Assembly (NCBI GenBank): GCA_021806925.1
Contig: JAKAPS010000003.1
Span: 10,553-74,552 of the forward strand
From: a bacterium
Lineage (GTDB): Bacteria > Patescibacteriota > Dojkabacteria > JAKAPS01
Length of the DNA stretch: 64,000 nucleotides
Direction of reading: 5' to 3'
Shown here one piece after another: positions 1 to 8,571 of the stretch (its first letter is position 1; each line of letters begins with the position of its first letter). The notes beneath the pieces were generated by a model. The model saw nothing but the letters and a program-made list of their open reading frames with translations, was not told where the DNA came from and searched no databases. The position numbers and the translations under genes were made by a program.

Positions 1-474
1 AATAGTGATGTGTTTAACTGGATAAGGCAAAGGTCTCGTTGGATTAAAGGATATATGCAAACTCATATAGTTTATACGAGATCATTATTCAATATGAAGC
101 GTGAATTTATATTTTTCATGCAGGCTATTATTGGCTGGAGATGGTTCACATTATTAGTTAATCCTTTGATGTGGACTCTAACTGTTATATATATATTAGA
201 ATATAGCCATGTAGTAGGATTCTACAAAGATATATTTCCTCCCGTTATTTTTTACATGGCAGTACTCTCTCTTGCTATAGGTAACTTCCTGTATGTTTAC
301 TATAATTTAATTGGGTTAGCTAAAAAAGGATATTGGAATTTGATTCCATCAATAATATTTATTCCATTTTATTGGTTACTTATGAGTTATTCATCATTCA
401 TTGCACTTTACCAGTTGTTTGTGAAGCCTCATTTTTGGGAGAAGACTCACCATGGATTACATATAAAAAGTTAA
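1..474 (+). CDS. Family 2 glycosyltransferase, processive synthase-like; C-terminal part only (5' truncated by window)
   Basis: Frame open from position 1; QRSRW (QxxRW) motif followed by TM helices and a C-terminal WEKTxHG motif. Confidence 0.85.
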   Translation, partial: NSDVFNWIRQRSRWIKGYMQTHIVYTRSLFNMKREFIFFMQAIIGWRWFTLLVNPLMWTLTVIYILEYSHVVGFYKDIFPPVIFYMAVLSLAIGNFLYVYYNLIGLAKKGYWNLIPSIIFIPFYWLLMSYSSFIALYQLFVKPHFWEKTHHGLHIKS

Positions 475-483
475 TAAGAATAA

Positions 484-3063
484 ATGAAAAAAGAATTCTT
501 AGATTTAAGAAAGGGGATAATAATTACTTCTATTATGTCCATAATTGCAAGTATTATTGCAACAATATATGACTATACTCACGAACACATATTCCTATAT
601 TCAGATGCTGAGAGTCATATTGATATTGCAAAGAGAGTAGTTTCAAGCATTACGCCAGGACTAGCACAGCTTGGCGGGGAATGGTTGCCGCTAGATCATA
701 TATTAATGGTTCCATTTGTAATATCAAATTTCCTTTGGAGGAGTGGACTAGCTGGAAGCATAGTGAACGGATTAGCACTCCTTCTATTAACAATTTATGC
801 ATATAAATTTTCATATTTGCTAATAAAGAATAGTTATATAAGTTTAATTGCTCCTATTGTTATTTTACTCAATTTTAATGTGCTTTATCTATCAACAACA
901 CCGCTTGATGATATTTTAATGCTTTCTTTGGGAAGTGTTTCAATTTACTATTTTGTTAAATGGGCAGAAGATGATTCAATTTATTCAATAATACTTGCTA
1001 GTATATTTGTATTCTTTGCAAGTATAACAAGATATGATGGTTGGTTTCTAGCAGTAGGTGAATTCTGTGCAGTAGTTCTATTTGAAATTCTGAAAAAGAA
1101 AAAATTTGATGAACTTATAGGAGTATCTCTGTTATATAGCTTTATGGCATTTGCTGGTATGATTGGTTGGCTAATATGGAATAAATTAATATTTGGAAAT
1201 TATTTGTTTTTTGCAAATAGCCAATATAGTTCATCATATCAGCAAAGAATATTTTTTTTGCAAGGTAATTTACCAACTTATCATAATATTATGTTATCAG
1301 TGCTAGTATATCTTGGAACATGTTCAGAAACAATTGGAGAAATTCTATCAGTTTTTGCAGTTATTGGGTTATTACTATTCATATTCAATTTAATATTCAA
1401 AAGTCAAGAGAAACTAAAAATGTTTGCAGTTTTGCTGAGTTTATATCCAATATTGTTTTATGTTATAGCATTGTATTTAGGTCAAGCCAGTATATTCCTA
1501 CCATTTATAAATAATAAATACTGGATATCAGTTCATTTATTCAATGTCAGATATGGTATACAGATAATGTTTGCTGCATCAATATTTATTACTTACCTTA
1601 TTTCGAAAATAAAATATAGTGTGTATATCATATTTGTATTGTTGATATTACAAACCATTTTGATGGTTAGGTCTAATACAGTTATCTCATTTGAAGACGG
1701 ATTGTTTGGAGCTTCGTCCAGTACTGCAATAAATAATACAACCAACAGGAGTGTTATTATTTTAGAGCAATGGGTAAATAATCATTATGATAAGTGGTTA
1801 GTATTGATGGATAGTTACAGAAGGCATATAGGGTTTATACCTTTAGGAGTCCCGATGCAAAATTTTATATCTCAAGGTAATAGAATTTATTGGGATACAA
1901 GTATGATTGACCCATCAAGATATGCCACATGGATAATATTACAACGTAAATATACAGATGCAGTGTGGACAGGAATAAAGAATAAGCAGTTGTTATTTGA
2001 TGAATTTGTCCCTGTATATAACTCATCGAGTGATTGGGTATTTAAAAGAAGAGTAATATCTTCTAGGATAGTTTCAAAGAGTGGAACGAATCTATATTTA
2101 AATAATAAACCATTCATATCAAGTGGAGTTAATTCATATGGTCTTATGGTTGATTCAAAACAACATATAGATACGATATTTAAGAATGTGAGCGAGGAAG
2201 GATTTAATACAATAAGGTTTTGGGCATTTGATAGTCAAGGAGGAATAACTCCAAGTGAATTTAATAACTTTGATTACATAATAAAGGAGGCAGATTTGTA
2301 CAATATAAAATTGATTCCAGTATTCAGTAATAACTGGAGTAATTATGGAGGTATACAAGCAACATTTACTACTAATAGTAATCCTGATGTGTATAGTCAA
2401 CATTCTCAGAATGGAATAGAAAACAGGATAACCGAAATATTAAATAGGACAAACAGTTATACGGGTGTTAAATACAAAGATGATAGTGCAATTTTTGCGT
2501 GGGATATAATGAATGAACCAAGGGTTGATAATTCAACAGCAAGTGAAGAGTTATTATGGATAAATAATGTAGCTAACTATACTCACTCACTTGATCAAAA
2601 GCATTTGGTAACTATAGGAACTGAGGGGTTGTCGAACACACAAGGGTATTACGGATATAGTATTAATGGAGAAGCTCCATATTCAAGTATTTGTGCTTTA
2701 TATGGAATAGATATTTGCAGTGTTCACGTATATCCAAAATATTTTGGTACAAACTATACTATTAGTGATATATACGATTTATTAGGTAAGTGGCAGGGAG
2801 CAAGTAAATATTTTTCTAAGCCTCTTTTAGTTGAGGAATTTGGGTATCCAGTAAGTAATACAGAATCAACCACGTATTCAAGTAGTCTTGTGAGTAATCA
2901 GAATTTGAGGAATACTTTTCTTGATAATGTATTGAATGTAGTTAAGGCAGATGGGATTAATGGTTCAATTATATGGGGATATTCATTAAATGAGTATGGT
3001 TCATTTAATATTAATCCCGGTGATACACTAGACCTTGAATTTATTAATAACTGGGTAAAATAG
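484..3063 (+). CDS. Fusion of a GT-C fold (PMT/GT39-like) membrane glycosyltransferase and a C-terminal GH5 (beta-mannanase-like) glycoside hydrolase
   Basis: N-terminal YSDAESH..IAKRV..PGLAQLGGxWLPL and TRYDGW motifs with many TM helices; from about aa 525 a GH5 domain (FNTIRFWAF, AWDIMNEPR acid/base, SVHVYP, PLLVEEFG nucleophile). Confidence 0.8.
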   Translation: MKKEFLDLRKGIIITSIMSIIASIIATIYDYTHEHIFLYSDAESHIDIAKRVVSSITPGLAQLGGEWLPLDHILMVPFVISNFLWRSGLAGSIVNGLALLLLTIYAYKFSYLLIKNSYISLIAPIVILLNFNVLYLSTTPLDDILMLSLGSVSIYYFVKWAEDDSIYSIILASIFVFFASITRYDGWFLAVGEFCAVVLFEILKKKKFDELIGVSLLYSFMAFAGMIGWLIWNKLIFGNYLFFANSQYSSSYQQRIFFLQGNLPTYHNIMLSVLVYLGTCSETIGEILSVFAVIGLLLFIFNLIFKSQEKLKMFAVLLSLYPILFYVIALYLGQASIFLPFINNKYWISVHLFNVRYGIQIMFAASIFITYLISKIKYSVYIIFVLLILQTILMVRSNTVISFEDGLFGASSSTAINNTTNRSVIILEQWVNNHYDKWLVLMDSYRRHIGFIPLGVPMQNFISQGNRIYWDTSMIDPSRYATWIILQRKYTDAVWTGIKNKQLLFDEFVPVYNSSSDWVFKRRVISSRIVSKSGTNLYLNNKPFISSGVNSYGLMVDSKQHIDTIFKNVSEEGFNTIRFWAFDSQGGITPSEFNNFDYIIKEADLYNIKLIPVFSNNWSNYGGIQATFTTNSNPDVYSQHSQNGIENRITEILNRTNSYTGVKYKDDSAIFAWDIMNEPRVDNSTASEELLWINNVANYTHSLDQKHLVTIGTEGLSNTQGYYGYSINGEAPYSSICALYGIDICSVHVYPKYFGTNYTISDIYDLLGKWQGASKYFSKPLLVEEFGYPVSNTESTTYSSSLVSNQNLRNTFLDNVLNVVKADGINGSIIWGYSLNEYGSFNINPGDTLDLEFINNWVK

Positions 3064-3071
3064 AATGTAAC

Positions 3072-3100
3072 TTGACAATTTAGTTTCGCAATGATAATGT
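3072..3100 (+). promoter_or_regulatory. Sigma70-type promoter for the trpS leader
   Basis: TTGACA (3072-3077), 17 bp spacer, TAATGT (3095-3100). Confidence 0.65.
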
Positions 3101-3117
3101 TACAGTTAGATTTACAT

Positions 3118-3186
3118 ATGAAAGATTTTGTACAAAAAAAAATTTTTGTTTGGTGTGATGTCTTTCATATGGAGGTTTGTGATTAG
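3118..3186 (+). CDS. Putative trpS leader peptide, 22 aa (MKDFVQKKIFVWCDVFHMEVCD)
   Basis: ATG at 3118, TAG at 3184-3186, TGG at 3151-3153; overlaps the antiterminator strand upstream of trpS. Confidence 0.65.
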   Translation: MKDFVQKKIFVWCDVFHMEVCD

Positions 3187-3210
3187 TTTCCCCTAATCTC
3201 AAATAAAATT

Positions 3211-3240
3211 AAACCTCCTATATTTTTAGGAGGTTTTTTT
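3211..3240 (+). terminator. Intrinsic terminator (attenuator) in the trpS leader
   Basis: AAACCTCCTA (3211-3220) pairs with TAGGAGGTTT (3227-3236), followed by a T tract; alternative pairing possible with GGAGGTTT at 3171-3178. Confidence 0.8.
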
Positions 3241-3278
3241 ATATTAAAAATTTAATTATACAAAGAACAAAATATAAC

Positions 3279-4280
3279 ATGAAAAAAACAATTTTAACAG
3301 GAGATAGAGCAACAGGTAGACTTCATGTAGGTCATCTTCTAGGTTCACTTGAAAATAGGGTGAAATTCCAAGATGAATATAACCAGTTTATATTAATTGC
3401 AAATATACAAGGATTGACGGATAATTTCCTTGATCCAAAAAAAATAAGGGATTCTATCCCAGAATTAATTCTTGACTATTATGCAGTTGGAATTGATTTT
3501 AACAAATCTACTGTATTTATACAGAGTATGATACCTCAGATACATGAGATATTTATATATATATCGAATTTTGCTACAGTTCAACAAATATCTCATAATC
3601 CAACAATAAAAACTGAAATCTTACAAAAGAATTATGGTGAATCAACACCACTTGGCTTCTATATTTATCCAGTTCATCAAGTTGCAGATATATTATCCGT
3701 AAGAGGAGAATTAGTTCCAGTAGGGCCAGGTGAAGTTCCGCAAGTTGAGGAGGCGAGGGAGATTGTTAGAAAATTTAATTCCACCTACAATGTTAATATT
3801 CTTAAAGAACCACATGAGTTACTTGGTGTTCCTAAAAATGTACCTGGTATTGATGGTAATGAAAAGATGGGTAAAAGTTTAAATAACTGTATATACCTGA
3901 GCGATTCAGAAGAAGAGTTGAAAAAGAAGATATTTTCAATGAAGACTGATCCAAATAGAATCCATGCTACTGACCCTGGAACTGTTGAAGGAAATACTAT
4001 TTTTATATATCATTCGCTGTTTAATAGCAATTTAAATGAGGTTGAAGATCTGAAGGAAAGGTATCGGAAAGGTGCTGTAAGTGATGTTGAAGTAAAGGAT
4101 AAATTATTTAAAGCTATGAATACTGTTCTTACCCCTATAAGAGAGAAGAGACTTGAAGGGGAGAAGTTATTAAATGAGTTAACTCTAAAGGTTGTAAATG
4201 AAAATACGAAAAAGGTTCAAAGTATTGCAAAAGATGTTGTTGAGGAGATCAAGGAAATTGTATTTCAGAGTTTCAAATGA
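3279..4280 (+). CDS. trpS: Tryptophan--tRNA ligase
   Basis: TGDRATGRLHVGH (HIGH), YPVHQVADIL and KMGKS (KMSKS) motifs. Confidence 0.95.
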   Translation: MKKTILTGDRATGRLHVGHLLGSLENRVKFQDEYNQFILIANIQGLTDNFLDPKKIRDSIPELILDYYAVGIDFNKSTVFIQSMIPQIHEIFIYISNFATVQQISHNPTIKTEILQKNYGESTPLGFYIYPVHQVADILSVRGELVPVGPGEVPQVEEAREIVRKFNSTYNVNILKEPHELLGVPKNVPGIDGNEKMGKSLNNCIYLSDSEEELKKKIFSMKTDPNRIHATDPGTVEGNTIFIYHSLFNSNLNEVEDLKERYRKGAVSDVEVKDKLFKAMNTVLTPIREKRLEGEKLLNELTLKVVNENTKKVQSIAKDVVEEIKEIVFQSFK

Positions 4281-4678
4281 AATATATATATTATGTGAGG
4301 AATAAATATAAAGCTGGCGACAAAAAGTGATGCTATTGCACTTATTAAAACAGCTCCAGCTGAGGTGTCTTTTGCTATTCCTGCAAGCTTATTGTACTTT
4401 CCATCTGTTACTAAATTAACTGTAACTTCAATTGAGCTGTTTATAAGTTCAGTGAAAATTACAGCACTTATTGTTAGTACAATAATGGCAAATTCATCAA
4501 GTGATATTTTTAATAATATTGATAAGATTATTGCAAATGTACCAAAAAAAATATGTATTTTCATATTTCTTTCATTTTTAACTGAGAATTTAATACCATT
4601 AAATGCGTAAATAAACATACGTATGTAAACTGATTTAAAGAATGAATTACTTTTCATAAACAGTTCCAATATATACAT
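4265..4678 (-). CDS. dgkA: Diacylglycerol/undecaprenol kinase (DgkA family); start may be 4657
   Basis: ERNMKIH, ELINSSIE and AKDTSAGAV motifs; 3 TM helices. Confidence 0.9.
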   Translation of the reverse strand: MYILELFMKSNSFFKSVYIRMFIYAFNGIKFSVKNERNMKIHIFFGTFAIILSILLKISLDEFAIIVLTISAVIFTELINSSIEVTVNLVTDGKYNKLAGIAKDTSAGAVLISAIASLFVASFIFIPHIIYIFHLKL

Positions 4679-4765
4679 TAATATTACATTCTTTCTAATT
4701 GGAATACCAATACATTAAAAAAGATGGAATACCAGTATAAATAGAACTTCATTATATTGAGTTCA

Positions 4766-5851
4766 TTAATTCATGTAACTGCTCTGTTTATCCATGAAAA
4801 ATCTGAACAATAGAATAAGAATTATTGAAGAACCAATTAATGAAAGTATTAAATGGATTAATATACCCAGAACTGGAATCAAAACTATAACTGATAGTAA
4901 GATGCTGGAGATAAGAAGAACAACTAAATCATGTCTTTTTGTCATCCACTTCTTTAGTATCAAATATGATGCAATCACAGATCCAGGTGTAAGAATTAGA
5001 AACATAACTGATGTATAGAGTATAAATATATTGAATTGAGTAAATATAGTTAAGGCTAGAAGGATAAATGCAACAGGAATTGATAAAACAATACCAATGG
5101 AAGTATAAACAACTTTATTTATTTCTTTATTTAATATTTCTTCCATTACTGATAGCTTATTTCTAATTATGAAATATACAATAAATGCCAGAGGTATTGT
5201 AGAAAGAATAGAAAACAATATGTATATATACGGATTCCACATTCTCATCATGTTTGATCTTGTGAAATTACCTTCACTATAGTTGATTTTGTTTTTTGTA
5301 ATTGTCCCTTCTACAGATGAGTTTGCTCCTTGTACAAACTGTCTACCAGTATAATATATATTTCCATATGCTGTTCCGTTCATTTTCATATCACCTCCAC
5401 GAAAATATATATCATTAGATACAGTACCATTCATTGTCAAATTACTTGCTAATACATCTAATTCCCCTCCAATATCTGATGATTTGTGGATTGTAATATT
5501 TGTTCCAGCAATGCTGGCGTTTCTGTTCACTTGACCATATATGTCTATGTTATTTGCGACTACTCTTAATCCATAACTAACACCTGTAAATGTAAAATTA
5601 TTTGCTATGCAGTATATCTCTCCACTAACATTAGCCGTTATATTTACGTTTTGCCCAATACAATAGAAATCACCATTTACATTTGCTGTTTGATTTATAC
5701 TACTATTAATATCATAAACATTCTGCCATTTAGGTAGTATTGGAGTAGTTATGTAAGAAATTGCATCAACTGAATTTAATTTCCCTATAATTGGATAAAT
5801 GAATAGAGATATAACTAGTAAAAAAAGAGTTATGTATATGGGCTTCTTCAT
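4766..5851 (-). CDS. Membrane protein with a bactofilin-like beta-helical repeat domain and C-terminal TM helices
   Basis: Signal/TM segment, repeated I.G.V.GD/N-type beta-solenoid repeats, then about 4-5 TM helices. Confidence 0.65.
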   Translation of the reverse strand: MKKPIYITLFLLVISLFIYPIIGKLNSVDAISYITTPILPKWQNVYDINSSINQTANVNGDFYCIGQNVNITANVSGEIYCIANNFTFTGVSYGLRVVANNIDIYGQVNRNASIAGTNITIHKSSDIGGELDVLASNLTMNGTVSNDIYFRGGDMKMNGTAYGNIYYTGRQFVQGANSSVEGTITKNKINYSEGNFTRSNMMRMWNPYIYILFSILSTIPLAFIVYFIIRNKLSVMEEILNKEINKVVYTSIGIVLSIPVAFILLALTIFTQFNIFILYTSVMFLILTPGSVIASYLILKKWMTKRHDLVVLLISSILLSVIVLIPVLGILIHLILSLIGSSIILILLFRFFMDKQSSYMN

Positions 5852-5955
5852 ATCAACCTTATTTTAGTATTGGTTTAATTTGTTGTCAAAGAAAACAATA
5901 CGTTTACAAAATCAACAAAGTGATAAACACTTCTGTTATGGGATGAGTAAAAAGG

Positions 5956-5984
5956 TTGACTTTCTGAGAGAGAGAGAGTACAAT
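5956..5984 (+). promoter_or_regulatory. Sigma70 promoter with a (GA)6G tract in its spacer; probably gives a leaderless transcript
   Basis: TTGACT 5956-5961, 17 bp spacer containing GAGAGAGAGAGAG (5966-5978), TACAAT 5979-5984; ATG at 5993. Confidence 0.7.
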
Positions 5985-5992
5985 AGTACCAT

Positions 5993-7093
5993 ATGGCAGA
6001 AAAGCAAGGTATTATAGATACATTATTATCTAGAATAGAAAAAGGTAGGAAAGAAATATTGTGGAAAAGGGAATCTAATAAAATAAAGAAAATTGCTGCA
6101 GAGTTGAGTGAAACTGATGGATATTTTAGAGATGGTCGTAATATATTTGCAGTTACTACAGTTCATAATGGATTCAATATAAAGGTATATAGTGATGATG
6201 GAAAACAAGGATTATATATAGCTGAAGCTAATAATAGACTTGACGACCAATATACTCATTATCTTGAGAATTTACATGGTGAAAATTCTTCTACTCATAA
6301 GGATGCTGTATTGAAAATGGTAGAAATTGTTAAAAGTGTAATGAAAAAAAGGGAAAAAGATACAGTAAAGAATGAGCGTAGAATAAGTAATGTTAGTAAA
6401 TTTTTAAGAGATAAATTATATAGTGTATTTGTTGTTGAGCCTAGCGCGAGGTTCGTTGAATCTACCGATACTGATGGAAATAAATTTCTAATTAAACGCA
6501 GTTTTATAAAATCTACTTTTTCTGACAGTGATTATTATGAGGAAGTTATAACTATAGGTAAAAAGGATAAAAAAACTGGTGATTATACCTATATAGAAAT
6601 TGTAGATACAAATGGAACTAAATCAATTGTTCTTGGATATCATAGTGAAAAATATGATCAAAACTTTATTGAACAAACTAATACAATAGAAGCTATAACT
6701 GAGGCTAAGAAAATAGTTGGTGAGTTTGTTGAAACAATTATACCTAAAGATGAAATACACAAAAAAGTAGAAGAATTTAAATTAAAATTAGCAAAATATT
6801 TTGGTGCAGAAGTAGACGAGATTAAAATAAAAAGTAAAACTATATATGTGTGTATTGATCCTTCTTCTGAAAGAATTATAATTTCAAATAGTCCTGATGA
6901 ATACCGCAAAAGTAATGTTGAATGTATTATTAAATTAGAAGAGGATACAATTAGAAGGTCAGTATATGGTATCTTTGGTCTAATTAGTGTACCAGAAATA
7001 AATACAAAAAAAGCAGTTGTTGTAGCAGAATCTATGTTAAATACTTTTCTTAGTGAGAAAGCGGAACTTGATGAAAACTTGGATAGCATGTAA
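5993..7093 (+). CDS. Hypothetical protein, 366 aa, possibly three degenerate repeats
   Basis: Long ORF with its own promoter; no recognisable family motif. Confidence 0.75.
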   Translation: MAEKQGIIDTLLSRIEKGRKEILWKRESNKIKKIAAELSETDGYFRDGRNIFAVTTVHNGFNIKVYSDDGKQGLYIAEANNRLDDQYTHYLENLHGENSSTHKDAVLKMVEIVKSVMKKREKDTVKNERRISNVSKFLRDKLYSVFVVEPSARFVESTDTDGNKFLIKRSFIKSTFSDSDYYEEVITIGKKDKKTGDYTYIEIVDTNGTKSIVLGYHSEKYDQNFIEQTNTIEAITEAKKIVGEFVETIIPKDEIHKKVEEFKLKLAKYFGAEVDEIKIKSKTIYVCIDPSSERIIISNSPDEYRKSNVECIIKLEEDTIRRSVYGIFGLISVPEINTKKAVVVAESMLNTFLSEKAELDENLDSM

Positions 7094-7345
7094 TAGGAAG
7101 ATATATAGAATAACAACAAAAGGAAGACTTAAAATTTTAATTTGATGATTCCATGTGGTTTGTTTGCGGTGTCTTGTTGCATATTAAAGAGGTAGGAAAA
7201 TGAGTAATGTAGGAATGAATATTAAAGCTATGGGTATGTACTTATCGTAGATTTCATATATAAAAATAAATATTGTTATAATTCCTCATTTGAAAAATTT
7301 CCAATTTAGTGTTATACGTAGATGTGGTTTATAATTAGGTAGTTT

Positions 7346-8569
7346 ATGATAGATGAAAACACAATTGAAGAAGCAGTAAATAAGATAAAATCATATAAAG
7401 ATAGGATTTTATCCTTCATATCAGATCTTGTATCTATAAATACAACAAGTAGCTATAACAATGAATATGACCATGTTGAAGAAAAGATTGTCGGTAGAAT
7501 AATAGATGAATGTGATAGATTAAAATTGCCATATAGGTTATTAACTAAACGTGAAGGTAGACCAAATATATATATTGGTAATATTGATTCATTTCCAAAA
7601 AGAACCGATCTGCTTTTAGTATCACATTCTGATACAGTCCCTGTATCTGATTACCAGAAATGGAAAAGTAATCCATTTCATGCAACAACGGTTGGTGATT
7701 TTCTATATGGTTTAGGAACTGCAGACTGTAAAGGTGGTATTGCAATTTGTGTATATATAACAAGAATACTGTTTGATCTTGGTTTTACTAATGTTAAAGC
7801 ACTTATAGGTGTTGCAGAAGAAGTTGGTGCTGATGCTGATTTTGGAGTTAATTATGTACTTGATGAAGGACTTAATGCAAAATATGCAATCTATACATAT
7901 GCTGGTAAAAAGAATGAGATAATAATTGGGCATAGGGGATTATTAAGATATTGGATAAATGTTGAGGGAGAGAGTAATCATACAGGGTTATTATCTTGGC
8001 AAGAAAGGAAAAAAGGGGAAAATGCCATAGAAATATTAAATAGAATAATTTCGAGAATATATAAAATGAAATTAAATAAGAAAACTCATCCGAACTTCTC
8101 GAAATATACATTCAATCACACTGTGACATTGATAAATGGTGGAAATGGTGAGAGTCTTGTTCCATCAAAAGCAAATGCAATGATTGATGTTAGGTTATTG
8201 CCAGGTGATGAGTTCGAAGAATATTTACACAGAGTTCAGAATATTATAGATAAAGTTCTTGTAGATTATCCTAAGGGAATAGCTAAAATAGAGATAAAGA
8301 ATAATATTCCCGCTGTTTGTATAAATGAAAAGAACGGAATTGCAAAGATTTTGAATGATGTATTAAAGGAAGATGGTATTAAAGATATATTGTTGAAAGC
8401 CTCAGGTGCAGCAAATGAAGGATATATGTTAATAGAAAAAGGAATCCCTACAATATGTGGATTTGGCTTTGAGGGAGGAGAGATGCATAGGGAGAATGAA
8501 TATATAAAGATGGATTCCATGGAGGAGATATTACTTAGATTTATAAAAATTGCATATAGAATAAATTAG
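7346..8569 (+). CDS. M20 family metallopeptidase/deacylase (ArgE/DapE-like)
   Basis: SHSDTVP, GLGTADCKGG, VAEE, GESNHTG and MHRENE motifs. Confidence 0.88.
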   Translation: MIDENTIEEAVNKIKSYKDRILSFISDLVSINTTSSYNNEYDHVEEKIVGRIIDECDRLKLPYRLLTKREGRPNIYIGNIDSFPKRTDLLLVSHSDTVPVSDYQKWKSNPFHATTVGDFLYGLGTADCKGGIAICVYITRILFDLGFTNVKALIGVAEEVGADADFGVNYVLDEGLNAKYAIYTYAGKKNEIIIGHRGLLRYWINVEGESNHTGLLSWQERKKGENAIEILNRIISRIYKMKLNKKTHPNFSKYTFNHTVTLINGGNGESLVPSKANAMIDVRLLPGDEFEEYLHRVQNIIDKVLVDYPKGIAKIEIKNNIPAVCINEKNGIAKILNDVLKEDGIKDILLKASGAANEGYMLIEKGIPTICGFGFEGGEMHRENEYIKMDSMEEILLRFIKIAYRIN

Positions 8570-8571
8570 TT

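Noticed and set aside
3100-3240. T-box riboswitch upstream of trpS
   Set aside because: No T-box consensus (AAnnnGGGTGGnACC-like) and the leader is too short; the uORF attenuator fits better
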